From positions 1 through 45,988 of IMG/VR virus record IMGVR_UViG_3300045988_087605: DNA of 45,988 nucleotides. One strand, given 5' to 3'. The stretch is from a virus. Under the pieces are notes generated by a model. That model made no database searches. It saw nothing but the letters and a program-made list of their open reading frames with translations, and had not been told where the DNA came from. Positions within the stretch are counted from its first letter, which is position 1. Every line of letters begins with the position of its first letter. Made by a program: the position numbers and the translations under genes. Shown here piece by piece: positions 1 to 7,809 of this stretch.

Positions 1-1265
1 CTAAAGCATGGATTTCTGCGGGTGCAAAGATAGTTGTTGATTTGGGACAAATAACCGAATCGTCACAATGTGTAATGGGCATCAGAGGTGGCTCTAAGTA
101 CTACGTATATTTGCATGACGAGAGTAATGCAGATAATATACATTACTACCAAACTGATTATACCGGGCCATACGGTCAAGTATTTCCCGTCCGCACCGAT
201 GGTACAGAGCCAGTCCGGACATACGGATACTATACCGAAATAAAACAGACGCAGGAAAGCATAGCTTTAACTGCAAACAAAGTAGACGATCAAGGCAGGC
301 GGTTAAGTGCGGCTGAGTTAACATTGAGTTCAGACCACGCAAAATTAACCGTAGTAGAACAAACGGCAAATTCTGCCAACTCACTTGCCGGAACTGCAAA
401 CGGAAAGGCAGAAGCGGCAGACGGTCGAGTCACCGCCACGCAGAACGGTTTGGTCGAGACAGGAATAAACATACAGTCCCGCAAAATCGTGTTAAAGTCT
501 GATAACGTCCTTTTCCAAAACAACGCAGGACAGCAGACAGTCGCTATCAATGCGAACGGAAAACTTACTGCAAACGCAATTGAAGTTGGTGAGGTTGTTG
601 CCGGAGGTTTTGCGGCTCAGAGAATCACTACCGGGAACTTGACTGTGACGGATGGTGCGGTTATTGGTGGTATGACTATTACAGGGGGAGTGTTGACCGG
701 GAAGAACATCAATATACAGGATGGCGCAAAGATCGGTAGCTTCACCATTGTATCGGGTATATTTTCCGCCCAAAATACCCCAGCAGGCATACAAATGACT
801 CTATCTAATAATGCAGCTACTTTTGACAGTAGCGGAGTACGTGTAGAACACAATTCGGGTGGTTATGCGTTGACTACTACGGGTAACGGAAGAATATTCC
901 TAACAGGGTCAAATTTTTGGGTTCAGTGCAAGGATGTTGATTTCATGGGTGCACAAACATGGAAAGCCCCGGGTGTTTTTTACGCATGTACGATTTTGGC
1001 AAACGGAGCAATCGGTAAAACATGGGGGAACCCTGACTTTCACATAACAAGAGTAACTAAAAACTCAACAGGGAGATATACTGTTAATACTACCGGTTCC
1101 AATGGGGACTACTTTGTTATGATTACAGCGTATGATCCTTCAAGATGGCTAAGTACAACAGTAGAACCATACTCAGCGGGACAGTTTACGTACAAAGTAT
1201 TCGATGTAAATAATGGCATGCGTGACGGCGGAGTTATTATTTATTTTTGTGGAATGGTTAAGTAG
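1..1265 (+). CDS. tail fibre / host-specificity protein, C-terminal segment (continues the ORF that opens at 41622 across the circular junction; about 1869 aa in total)
   Basis: The frame of track ORF 42..1265 stays open back to nt 1. Nt 1-22 duplicate nt 45967-45988 in the same codon phase (..DYTKAWISAGAKIVVDLGQ..). G/T/N/V-rich beta-type repeats. Stop TAG 1263-1265. Confidence 0.75.
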   Translation, partial: KAWISAGAKIVVDLGQITESSQCVMGIRGGSKYYVYLHDESNADNIHYYQTDYTGPYGQVFPVRTDGTEPVRTYGYYTEIKQTQESIALTANKVDDQGRRLSAAELTLSSDHAKLTVVEQTANSANSLAGTANGKAEAADGRVTATQNGLVETGINIQSRKIVLKSDNVLFQNNAGQQTVAINANGKLTANAIEVGEVVAGGFAAQRITTGNLTVTDGAVIGGMTITGGVLTGKNINIQDGAKIGSFTIVSGIFSAQNTPAGIQMTLSNNAATFDSSGVRVEHNSGGYALTTTGNGRIFLTGSNFWVQCKDVDFMGAQTWKAPGVFYACTILANGAIGKTWGNPDFHITRVTKNSTGRYTVNTTGSNGDYFVMITAYDPSRWLSTTVEPYSAGQFTYKVFDVNNGMRDGGVIIYFCGMVK

Positions 1266-1312
1266 TTTAGTGTTTTAATTAACGGTAAGTTGGTTTGTAC
1301 CTTCTTACCGCT

Positions 1313-1320
1313 TACCTTTG
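1313..1320 (+). promoter_or_regulatory. Bacteroidota-type -7 box (TAccTTTG) ahead of the lysis cassette
   Basis: Matches TAnnTTTG 30 nt upstream of ATG 1351. Preceded by a 7-bp hairpin cggtaag/cttaccg at 1283-1310. Confidence 0.4.
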
Positions 1321-1350
1321 TACCAAACATTAATCAATTAATATAAAATT

Positions 1351-1719
1351 ATGGAAAAGAAAAGTTTAGATTTTGATTTAAAGTCAGTAGTTTACACGAA
1401 AGAAACAAAAGTGATGGACTACCATTTCGAGACGGAAAACGGCAAGTACGTAGGTCAATTAACAACGGTATCGACAGAGCCGGATAAGTACAATATTACC
1501 CACTGTACAGCCGATGTATCTGAGAAACAGATGGTAGAAATGCCGGGTACTTCCGGTAGTGTTGTTATGCAGGAGCAATATGTTCCGGTCGGATCGCTTG
1601 CCATCCGTGACGGTCGTTTTGAGGCAAACCAGTTCCCTCTATCTACTAAAACATCCGTCTATGTGAACGACTTTCAAAACTTCATCTTTGCGTTAACCGC
1701 ACCTAAAACAATAGAATAA
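1351..1719 (+). CDS. hypothetical protein (122 aa)
   Basis: ATG behind an A/T-rich leader. Its stop overlaps the next start (TAATG 1717-1721). Confidence 0.6.
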   Translation: MEKKSLDFDLKSVVYTKETKVMDYHFETENGKYVGQLTTVSTEPDKYNITHCTADVSEKQMVEMPGTSGSVVMQEQYVPVGSLAIRDGRFEANQFPLSTKTSVYVNDFQNFIFALTAPKTIE

Positions 1720-2210
1720 TGAATGTCACACAAGAACAGTTAAGGTTAATGCTTGTATCGGCAATTAGTCCGATACTTGCGTTTCTCACCCCTACGAGCG
1801 GTTTTATAACCGCCCTTGTGTTCATGTTTGGCTTTAACATTATTTGCGGCATGCGTGCCGATGGGGTTAATTTGTCGGTAAATGGTGTTCGTAGGTTCAC
1901 TATGCTGAAATTCATCTCAGCCGTGCAGGAACTTATTTTGTACATCCTTGTGATAACCGTTATCTTTTCGTCTGTGGCTAAGATGGGGGATCACGATGCA
2001 GCCGTTCTATCGGCAAAGACGATTACATACGTCTTTATGTACGTATATCTGTCGAACGGTTTTAAGAACCTTTGTATCAGCTACCCGGATAACAAATCTT
2101 TCCGGTTGATATACCACATTGTCCGGTTTGAGTTTAAGAGGCTGATGGGAGAGAATGCCGCAAAGATAGTCGAGGAACACGAAGAAAATATTGAGATTGA
2201 AACTAAGTAA
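1719..2210 (+). CDS. putative holin (multi-pass membrane protein)
   Basis: 163 aa with 3-4 hydrophobic helices (e.g. 'GFITALVFMFGFNIICG', 'LILYILVITVIFSSVA') and a charged C-terminus. Lies immediately upstream of the endolysin. Confidence 0.55.
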   Translation: MNVTQEQLRLMLVSAISPILAFLTPTSGFITALVFMFGFNIICGMRADGVNLSVNGVRRFTMLKFISAVQELILYILVITVIFSSVAKMGDHDAAVLSAKTITYVFMYVYLSNGFKNLCISYPDNKSFRLIYHIVRFEFKRLMGENAAKIVEEHEENIEIETK

Positions 2211-2217
2211 TTAACAT

Positions 2218-2236
2218 GGGAGGTTTAACGCCTCCC
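2218..2236 (+). other. intercistronic GC-stem hairpin
   Basis: gggagg-tttaacg-cctccc followed by ttt, between the holin and endolysin genes. Confidence 0.4.
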
Positions 2237-2252
2237 TTTAAACTTTATCAGA

Positions 2253-2648
2253 ATGAAGTATTTTACATTAAAAGAGCTAACACGCTCAGCAACGGCAGAG
2301 GCAAAAGGTATTGATAACACGCCTACGCCGGAAGTTGAAAAGAACTTAAAGTTATTGGTAGATAATGTACTTGATAAATTACGTGAGATTTACGGCAAGC
2401 CGATCACGGTTAATTCGGGTTATCGGTGTCCGGAGTTAAACAAAGCCGTCGGAGGATCTAAAACATCCGATCACGTTAAAGGTTTTGCGGCTGATATTAC
2501 CGGAGGCAGCAAGGAAGAGAACGAACGCCTTTTCAATATCATTAAGCATAATTTCCATTTCAAACAATTAATAAACGAGAGAGATTTTTCATGGGTGCAT
2601 GTCTCCTACGATCCCTCTAATCTCAAAAACCAAATACTAAAACTATGA
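2253..2648 (+). CDS. endolysin, peptidase M15 family (zinc D-Ala-D-Ala carboxypeptidase / L-Ala-D-Glu peptidase-like)
   Basis: 'FTLKELTRSATAEAKGIDNTP', 'VNSGYRCPELNKAVGGSKTSDHVKGFAADI' and 'WVHVS' fit the H-x6-D...H zinc site and N-terminal signature of phage M15 peptidases. Confidence 0.85.
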   Translation: MKYFTLKELTRSATAEAKGIDNTPTPEVEKNLKLLVDNVLDKLREIYGKPITVNSGYRCPELNKAVGGSKTSDHVKGFAADITGGSKEENERLFNIIKHNFHFKQLINERDFSWVHVSYDPSNLKNQILKL

Positions 2649-3250
2649 AACGACAATTATTTGCGTTTTTAGCGACTTTTGTGCTTTGCCTTGGCATTGT
2701 GTCGCTATTACTGATAAACGCTGATTTACGTAAGAAAAAGGCTATTGCAGAAAGAAATGTTAGCGTCCTCACAACTCAGAACGTTGCGTACCGGACGAAA
2801 AACGGTCAAAGTGCCATGAAAGTAGAGGAATTGAATCTGACTTTAAATCAGTACCGGAACACCATACAAGGGAAGGATAACACTATAAGAGAGCTAAAGC
2901 AGTCTATTAAGGACTTGAAAAGTCACACAAGCGTTCAAACATCAACTGAGACGCATTTTAGAACGCCAGTACGGGATAGTATTGTTATTCGTGATAGTTT
3001 GGTTATCGACACAATGAAATGCGTAAATATGCGCTCTAAATGGCTTGATTTATCGGGCTGCATAGATAGCAACGGCACGTTTGCCGGAACAACCGTTACC
3101 CGTGATAGCTTGGAAATACTAAATATAGAGCATAGAAAGAGGTTTTTGTGGTTTAGACTAAAGAAGGTGAAGTATAGGGAGTTTATAGTAACGAGCAAAA
3201 ACCCCTACGCTGAGATAACAGGTTTTAACGTAACTACGATAATAAAGTGA
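2645..3250 (+). CDS. membrane-anchored lysis accessory protein (spanin-like)
   Basis: ATGA overlap with the endolysin. N-terminal TM anchor 'LFAFLATFVLCLGIVSLLLI' followed by a coiled-coil-like segment. Call rests on position in the lysis cassette. Confidence 0.4.
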   Translation: MKRQLFAFLATFVLCLGIVSLLLINADLRKKKAIAERNVSVLTTQNVAYRTKNGQSAMKVEELNLTLNQYRNTIQGKDNTIRELKQSIKDLKSHTSVQTSTETHFRTPVRDSIVIRDSLVIDTMKCVNMRSKWLDLSGCIDSNGTFAGTTVTRDSLEILNIEHRKRFLWFRLKKVKYREFIVTSKNPYAEITGFNVTTIIK

Positions 3251-3259
3251 TAATTCCAT

Positions 3260-3341
3260 GTTAAAACTGTTAATGCACGTTAAAGTATTTGCCACTTATA
3301 AATATATCCGTATATTTGCAGCGTAGAAGTTATTACTAACG
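3260..3341 (+). promoter_or_regulatory. early-type promoter/leader cassette, orphan copy (no ATG ORF behind it)
   Basis: GTTAAAAC 3260-3267, GTTAAT 3269-3274, GTTAAA 3279-3284. -33 TTTG 3288-3291; -7 TAtaTTTG 3311-3318 (19-nt spacer). Leader ATTACTAAC 3332-3340. Confidence 0.5.
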
Positions 3342-3495
3342 TCTTTAACAGCGGTTATTGATTTTCATAGAATTATCTTTGTGGAAGATTTGTATCACAT
3401 TTTATCTTAAACTGTCGGTATGCGAATATAGACAGTTTTAATTAGAACATTTTCACTAACTATATATATTGGGTTTTGTCATAATTACATTTTTC

Positions 3496-3527
3496 CCCCT
3501 CCGCTTGTGAAAGTAGAGGGGTTTTTT
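3496..3527 (+). terminator. rho-independent terminator closing the orphan transcription unit
   Basis: cccctc (3496-3501) / gagggg (3516-3521) stem followed by T6 (3522-3527). Confidence 0.5.
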
Positions 3528-3554
3528 ATTACCTTATCCGAACACACCTCAAAT

Positions 3555-3644
3555 GTTAAATAAGTGTTAAATATTAAACTTGCGCTTTGATATTTAAAAT
3601 ATCTCCTTAACTTTGCAAGGTCAAAAGGAAACGAATTACTAACA
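3555..3644 (+). promoter_or_regulatory. early-type promoter/leader cassette
   Basis: GTTAAA 3555-3560 and 3566-3571. -33 TTTG 3586-3589; -7 TAacTTTG 3608-3615. Leader ATTACTAACA 3635-3644; ATG at 3660. Confidence 0.6.
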
Positions 3645-3659
3645 ATAAAACTTAGAATT

Positions 3660-3905
3660 ATGGAAGAAAAGGAATTTATTTATTGCTTGACCGGAGAGAT
3701 TAACGTATTAGGCACTGTCAAGGCTAAGACAATAAAAAGTGCTATGAAACTTGTGGCGGCTATTCAGAGAACGAGAATATTGAATGATCCGGAAAGAAAA
3801 ACAATCTTTTGGAGTGTTTCACGTGCTGATCGTCCGTTTAAGTTAGGTAATATTGTGTATACAATATGCTATCCCGATGGGTCTATTCGTTCACATGTAT
3901 GCTAA
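3660..3905 (+). CDS. hypothetical early protein (81 aa), paralogue of 6120..6371
   Basis: First gene behind a cassette. 'VKAKTIKSAMKLVAAIQR' aligns with 'VEAKTIRGALTQIKKKQR' of 6120..6371. Confidence 0.65.
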   Translation: MEEKEFIYCLTGEINVLGTVKAKTIKSAMKLVAAIQRTRILNDPERKTIFWSVSRADRPFKLGNIVYTICYPDGSIRSHVC

Positions 3906-3923
3906 CAATAAAAATTTAGAGTT

Positions 3924-4175
3924 ATGGAATTAGTAAAATTCAGAGAGGCAAAGAGTATAATGGAAGAAAAAGCTTTTTTGCAAAAAAAGCTTGAAAGGCT
4001 TCAGTCCGGCTGTCTTAGTAGAACAGAATTATATTTCAGTTCGGGAGATATCTTAACATTTTCGGAATGTGATGGCGAATTTTATGAAGGTTTGTGCAAA
4101 TACTTGGAAAAGTATATAAGAGAATCTATTGAAAATCGTATTGGCTATCTTGAATCTAAATTTGATAAACTATGA
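3924..4175 (+). CDS. hypothetical protein (83 aa)
   Basis: Track ORF, tightly packed, with an ATGA-type overlap to the next gene. Confidence 0.55.
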   Translation: MELVKFREAKSIMEEKAFLQKKLERLQSGCLSRTELYFSSGDILTFSECDGEFYEGLCKYLEKYIRESIENRIGYLESKFDKL

Positions 4176-4453
4176 TACGATCATTTAGTAAGTCGGGTTC
4201 AACATCTATGCTGACAGATAAGGAAAAAGCGTTTAACCGCTACTGCCTAACTAACAAGGAAGTTTCATACAACTTAATGCGTATAGAAATGGCAGTTGTT
4301 CAAATGTCGTATTACGGCAACCGTTCATCGGACGTTACTCTAACAACCGATAGTTCTGAGGTTTTGGATGCGATTTATACAGTCCTAACAAACGAAGGGT
4401 TTAAATATTCCTTCAATTTACCTAATAAAGTATTAACCATAAGTATTTTTTAA
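4172..4453 (+). CDS. hypothetical protein (93 aa)
   Basis: Track ORF; its start overlaps the upstream stop. Confidence 0.55.
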   Translation: MIRSFSKSGSTSMLTDKEKAFNRYCLTNKEVSYNLMRIEMAVVQMSYYGNRSSDVTLTTDSSEVLDAIYTVLTNEGFKYSFNLPNKVLTISIF

Positions 4454-4470
4454 TTTAAAATTTAATCAAA

Positions 4471-4887
4471 ATGAAAGAAGAAGTAAAATTGTTCAGAGCG
4501 TTAATTATTGTTTTTGTGTTGCTTGTGTTCACCTTCGTGTTAACTTCATGCAGTGATGATAGCGACAATGTGTATCAAACAGAATATTCTATTGATGTTC
4601 CGGAGTGGCAAACTGTTTATGTGAATGGTGAGGTTACAACATCTATATCACCATACGTTTGGGAACATGTGGACTTATCAGATAAATGTGTTAGAGTATT
4701 CTCCGCAGGGCATGTTAGTTATCACAAGGTTACAAGGGTGTCACGTGATGATTTAGGCTTTACCGTTTATTCAATAGAAAGTAGCAATAACGAACGGTTT
4801 GCATACAATAAGAATAAAGGTATATTGCAATATTGGTGCACAAGAAATGGCATTGAAACCGTTGTTGTTTATCGTGAATTAAAGTAA
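4471..4887 (+). CDS. putative lipoprotein, possibly surface-exposed
   Basis: Signal peptide 'MKEEVKLFRALIIVFVLLVFTFVLTS|C' with lipobox L-T-S-C27, followed by the acidic stretch 'SDDSDN'. Confidence 0.6.
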   Translation: MKEEVKLFRALIIVFVLLVFTFVLTSCSDDSDNVYQTEYSIDVPEWQTVYVNGEVTTSISPYVWEHVDLSDKCVRVFSAGHVSYHKVTRVSRDDLGFTVYSIESSNNERFAYNKNKGILQYWCTRNGIETVVVYRELK

Positions 4888-4903
4888 GTTTCATTTTACC
4901 CTC

Positions 4904-4925
4904 ACCCGGTGGAGGTTAACCGGGT
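4904..4925 (+). other. intercistronic hairpin
   Basis: acccggt-ggaggtta-accgggt (7-bp stem) with no U-tract. Confidence 0.35.
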
Positions 4926-4933
4926 TATTAAGT

Positions 4934-5134
4934 ATGAAAGTAATTGTTAGATTTAAAGAAGAAGAAGAAATTACCAATTTTGAAGCTAAATACGGTTTAT
5001 ATGTAGAGAACCATAACGGACAAAGATATATCATTGAGTTCGATAATATGGGAAATTTGGTGGTTAATAGTCCGAAAGGTGCGTTATTGGTCAAACCACA
5101 ATGCAGTAATAAAATATCAATTAGACCCGAATAA
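4934..5134 (+). CDS. hypothetical protein (66 aa)
   Basis: Track ORF; its stop lies 1 nt before ATG 5136. Confidence 0.5.
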   Translation: MKVIVRFKEEEEITNFEAKYGLYVENHNGQRYIIEFDNMGNLVVNSPKGALLVKPQCSNKISIRPE

Positions 5135-5135
5135 C

Positions 5136-5972
5136 ATGAAAGAGATAAACGAAACTCAATTACAGCTATCGACTAAGGGAAAAAGACTTCCCGATATGAT
5201 AAAGCAGGCGAACGGCATACACGAACTTGTTAAGCAGAAACTTTCTGAGTATAATTCAATAGAGTATACCGATGATAATATAAAGGTAGCAAAAGCCGAT
5301 AGAGCCACTTTAAACAAGGCGAAAAAGGGACTTAACGACAGCCGTATAGAACTGGAAAAGGCTTGGATGAAACCATTCAACGAACTAAAGGATGTTGTTA
5401 ACGAAACTTGTAAGCTGATCGGTGAAGCTTCTTCACGAATAGATAGTAAGATAAAAGAAACGGAGGAAAAGGAGAAGCAAAAGAAACTGGATCAAATAAG
5501 GGAGTATTTCGAGGAACACAATGAAAACCTTATATTGTTTGATTTTGCTTTCCGTCCGGAGTGGCTTAATAAGACCAAAGCACTTTCAGTTGTGAAAATG
5601 GAGATAGACGAATTATTTAAAACGGTTGATGATGATCTTAACAGACTGAAAGAGCATTTTGCGGGAGAGGCGTTTTATATTCCGGTTATCGACAAATATA
5701 CGTCTACACTCGATTATAACAAGTCGTTCGATTATGGAAATCACCTAAAAGAAGCTGCAATACAAGCCGCAAACAGACAGTTTGAACAGAAGGCGACAGA
5801 TAACACGACTCAGCAACAAAAGCCCGAAATTAAGCCTCAAAACGAGCCAAAGACAAACGAAGAAGAAGTTTATATAAGAGGATTTAAAGTCCATGTAACG
5901 AGAAAGCAGGCTTTTGCGCTTGCTGAGTTTATGAATAGCCACAATATAAAGTTTGAAAGTATATCAATATAG
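5136..5972 (+). CDS. DUF1351-like phage protein (278 aa)
   Basis: 'TDDNIKVAKADRATLNKAKKGLNDSRIELEKAWMKPFNELKD' followed by a coiled coil resembles DUF1351. The track start at 5034 overlaps the previous gene, so ATG 5136 is preferred. Confidence 0.5.
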   Translation: MKEINETQLQLSTKGKRLPDMIKQANGIHELVKQKLSEYNSIEYTDDNIKVAKADRATLNKAKKGLNDSRIELEKAWMKPFNELKDVVNETCKLIGEASSRIDSKIKETEEKEKQKKLDQIREYFEEHNENLILFDFAFRPEWLNKTKALSVVKMEIDELFKTVDDDLNRLKEHFAGEAFYIPVIDKYTSTLDYNKSFDYGNHLKEAAIQAANRQFEQKATDNTTQQQKPEIKPQNEPKTNEEEVYIRGFKVHVTRKQAFALAEFMNSHNIKFESISI

Positions 5973-5974
5973 AC

Positions 5975-6004
5975 GGTAGCCCAATTGGGCTACCTTTTTG
6001 TTTT
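5975..6004 (+). terminator. rho-independent terminator
   Basis: ggtagccc-aatt-gggctacc followed by T5. Confidence 0.75.
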
Positions 6005-6014
6005 GTTTGCAATG

Positions 6015-6103
6015 GTTAATCTATTGTTAAAACTCAAAGTTTCGATTGAATTTTCAAATAGTGTGCTTATATTTGCAGTGTTGAAAGAAACAAAGTAGTA
6101 ACA
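6015..6103 (+). promoter_or_regulatory. early-type promoter/leader cassette
   Basis: GTTAAT 6015-6020, GTTAAAAC 6026-6033. -33-like ATTG 6045-6048; -7 TAtaTTTG 6068-6075. Leader AGTAGTAACA 6094-6103; ATG at 6120. Confidence 0.6.
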
Positions 6104-6119
6104 ATTAAAAATTAGAATT

Positions 6120-6371
6120 ATGAAACTTAAAAAATGGTATTTTAGGAACGATATTAAAAGTCCTTATAATTTCGTTGAAGCTAAAACAATTAGAGGCGCA
6201 TTGACTCAGATAAAGAAAAAACAACGTGTGTTTGCTGAGACTTTTTTGGAAACAACATTTTGTAGTATCTTCGAAGATGATATAAAACTATCAAACATGC
6301 GTTGTATATTAGCTACGTATGTCTCGCCGTACGGAGATATAAAACAAGATATATTGGAATTACGAATTTAG
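6120..6371 (+). CDS. hypothetical early protein (83 aa), paralogue of 3660..3905
   Basis: See 3660..3905. Both are the first gene behind a cassette. Confidence 0.65.
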   Translation: MKLKKWYFRNDIKSPYNFVEAKTIRGALTQIKKKQRVFAETFLETTFCSIFEDDIKLSNMRCILATYVSPYGDIKQDILELRI

Positions 6372-6384
6372 AAAACTTGTGATT

Positions 6385-6570
6385 ATGAAGGAAATTAGAT
6401 GCGTAAAATGCGGATGTGTGATTAATACAAATGCCGGATACTATGCTGCTTTTGATGGTAGCTTTTGCAGAAAGTGTTGGAGTAAACAATCAGAGAAATT
6501 TAAGAGTGAACAGTTGGTGAAAGCACTCGAAAAGAGATTCAAAGGTAATATTAACAATAATTTATTTTAA
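6385..6570 (+). CDS. small zinc-ribbon protein
   Basis: 'CVKCGC..(x19)..CRKCW'. ATG 6385 is preferred over the GTG at 6379 used by the track. Confidence 0.5.
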   Translation: MKEIRCVKCGCVINTNAGYYAAFDGSFCRKCWSKQSEKFKSEQLVKALEKRFKGNINNNLF

Positions 6571-6571
6571 A

Positions 6572-7369
6572 ATGGAACAGTATTTAGACTTACTAAAAGA
6601 GACTTTAACCTATGGTGAAAAGAGATCAGACCGAACAGGAACGGGAACTATCAGTTTATTCGGTTTACAACGATCTTATGATTTGCGTGACGGTTTCCCG
6701 CTTGTCACAACTAAGAAGGTATTCACGAAGGGAATTATATATGAGCTTCTTTGGATGTTAAAAGGTGACACCAATATAAAATACCTAAATGAAAATGGTG
6801 TTCATATTTGGGACGATTGGTCAAAGCCTTCCGGTGATCTTGGACGTATATACGGTAAACAATGGCGTGACTGGCGTATAAATAGCAAGTTAAGAGTAGA
6901 TCAAATTGATTCAGTTATAGATATGATTAAGTTTAACCCTGAGTCAAGAAGGCTAATTGTTAGTGCTTGGAATGTTGGAGAAATACACATGATGGCACTT
7001 CCTCCGTGTCACTGCTTTTTTCAGTTCTATGTGTCTGAGTCCGGTTATTTGGATTTGAAACTGTATCAAAGAAGTGCAGACCTTTTTTTAGGAGTTCCTT
7101 TCAACATTGCGTCTTATTCTATCTTGCTGTCTATGGTAGCGCAGGTTTGCGGCTTAAAGCCTCGTAGATTCATTCACACTATCGGGGACGGACATATATA
7201 TTTGAATCACGTTGAACAGGTGAAAGAACAATTGAGTAGAGAGCCGTTCGCCCTTCCCAAATTGGAATTAAACCCGAATGTTCGTAATATATTCGATTTT
7301 AAGTATGAAGATATTAAGATAGTAAATTATAACTGCCATCCGGCTATAAAGGGAGAGGTTGCGGTATGA
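6572..7369 (+). CDS. thyA: thymidylate synthase (ThyA type)
   Basis: Colinear with E. coli ThyA: 'DRTGTGT', 'FPLVTTKK', 'YGKQWRDW', 'SAWNVGE', catalytic '[11 protein letters not shown]', '[18 protein letters not shown]', 'GDGHIY'. Confidence 0.95.
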   Translation: MEQYLDLLKETLTYGEKRSDRTGTGTISLFGLQRSYDLRDGFPLVTTKKVFTKGIIYELLWMLKGDTNIKYLNENGVHIWDDWSKPSGDLGRIYGKQWRDWRINSKLRVDQIDSVIDMIKFNPESRRLIVSAWNVGEIHMMALPPCHCFFQFYVSESGYLDLKLYQRSADLFLGVPFNIASYSILLSMVAQVCGLKPRRFIHTIGDGHIYLNHVEQVKEQLSREPFALPKLELNPNVRNIFDFKYEDIKIVNYNCHPAIKGEVAV

Positions 7370-7539
7370 ATGAAAAAGAAGTTTACAGGTTTTTAGCCTA
7401 TAATAAATTGGTAGATTTTGAAAGATACCTTCACATGGAATCTGTATATTATCTGAATAACTTGCTAAAGAAAACCGTTAATTCGTATTTGAGAAATTGT
7501 ATATTGAACGCTATAAATCATAAATTAGCGGGATTATAA
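7366..7539 (+). CDS. hypothetical small protein (57 aa, below the track cutoff)
   Basis: ATG 7366 overlaps the thyA stop (ATGA). Reads [57 protein letters not shown] and ends just before a terminator. Confidence 0.45.
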   Translation: MNEKEVYRFLAYNKLVDFERYLHMESVYYLNNLLKKTVNSYLRNCILNAINHKLAGL

Positions 7540-7543
7540 TTTA

Positions 7544-7576
7544 AAAGGGATGTGCAACGCTTTGCCATCCCTTTTT
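7544..7576 (+). terminator. rho-independent terminator
   Basis: aaagggatg / catcccttt 9-bp stem with inner gcaa/ttgc pairing, followed by a T-run. Confidence 0.75.
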
Positions 7577-7688
7577 AGTTTCTATATATCACATACCGAA
7601 ACTATCGTTGCTCTATGAAACAAATCTAACAATATGTAGTAACAAGTATGAAAGTGATACAAAGGTAGGCTTTTGATACTATCCAATG

Positions 7689-7794
7689 GTTAAAACGAGT
7701 CTTTTTATATTTCATTAACAATAAAATTAAAGAATTCCTTTGCATATTTAAAGTTTATCCTTAACTTTGCGACATCAAAAAATAAGTAGTAACA
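7689..7794 (+). promoter_or_regulatory. early-type promoter/leader cassette
   Basis: GTTAAAAC 7689-7696. -33 TTTG 7739-7742; -7 TAacTTTG 7762-7769. Leader AGTAGTAACA 7785-7794; ATG at 7810. Confidence 0.55.
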
Positions 7795-7809
7795 TTAAAA
7801 ACGAATAAT

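Noticed and set aside
2645-3250. Embedded o-spanin lipoprotein, or an internal lipobox ('LDLSGC'), in the spanin-like gene; also an N-terminal lipobox at 'FVLC'.
   Set aside because: The internal site has no preceding hydrophobic signal sequence. 'FVLC' has Leu at position -1, which does not fit a lipobox. I found no convincing nested ORF by eye.
5034-5135. The N-terminal 34 codons of track ORF 5034..5972, and similar 5' extensions at 8172, 14612, 14812, 16050 and 31548.
   Set aside because: These extensions overlap the preceding gene or begin with TTG/GTG. A downstream ATG sits right after the upstream stop, or behind a hairpin, and gives a conventional N-terminus.
6572-7369. ThyA homologue acting as a dUMP/dCMP hydroxymethylase, working with the MazG-like gene and the MTase-like gene as a DNA hypermodification pathway.
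   Set aside because: The catalytic Cys, the 'PFNIASY' Asn (Asp in dCMP hydroxymethylases), 'WDDW' and 'DGHIY' all match canonical thymidylate synthase nearly residue for residue. No glycosyl- or amino-transferase genes are visible. It cannot be fully excluded without biochemistry.
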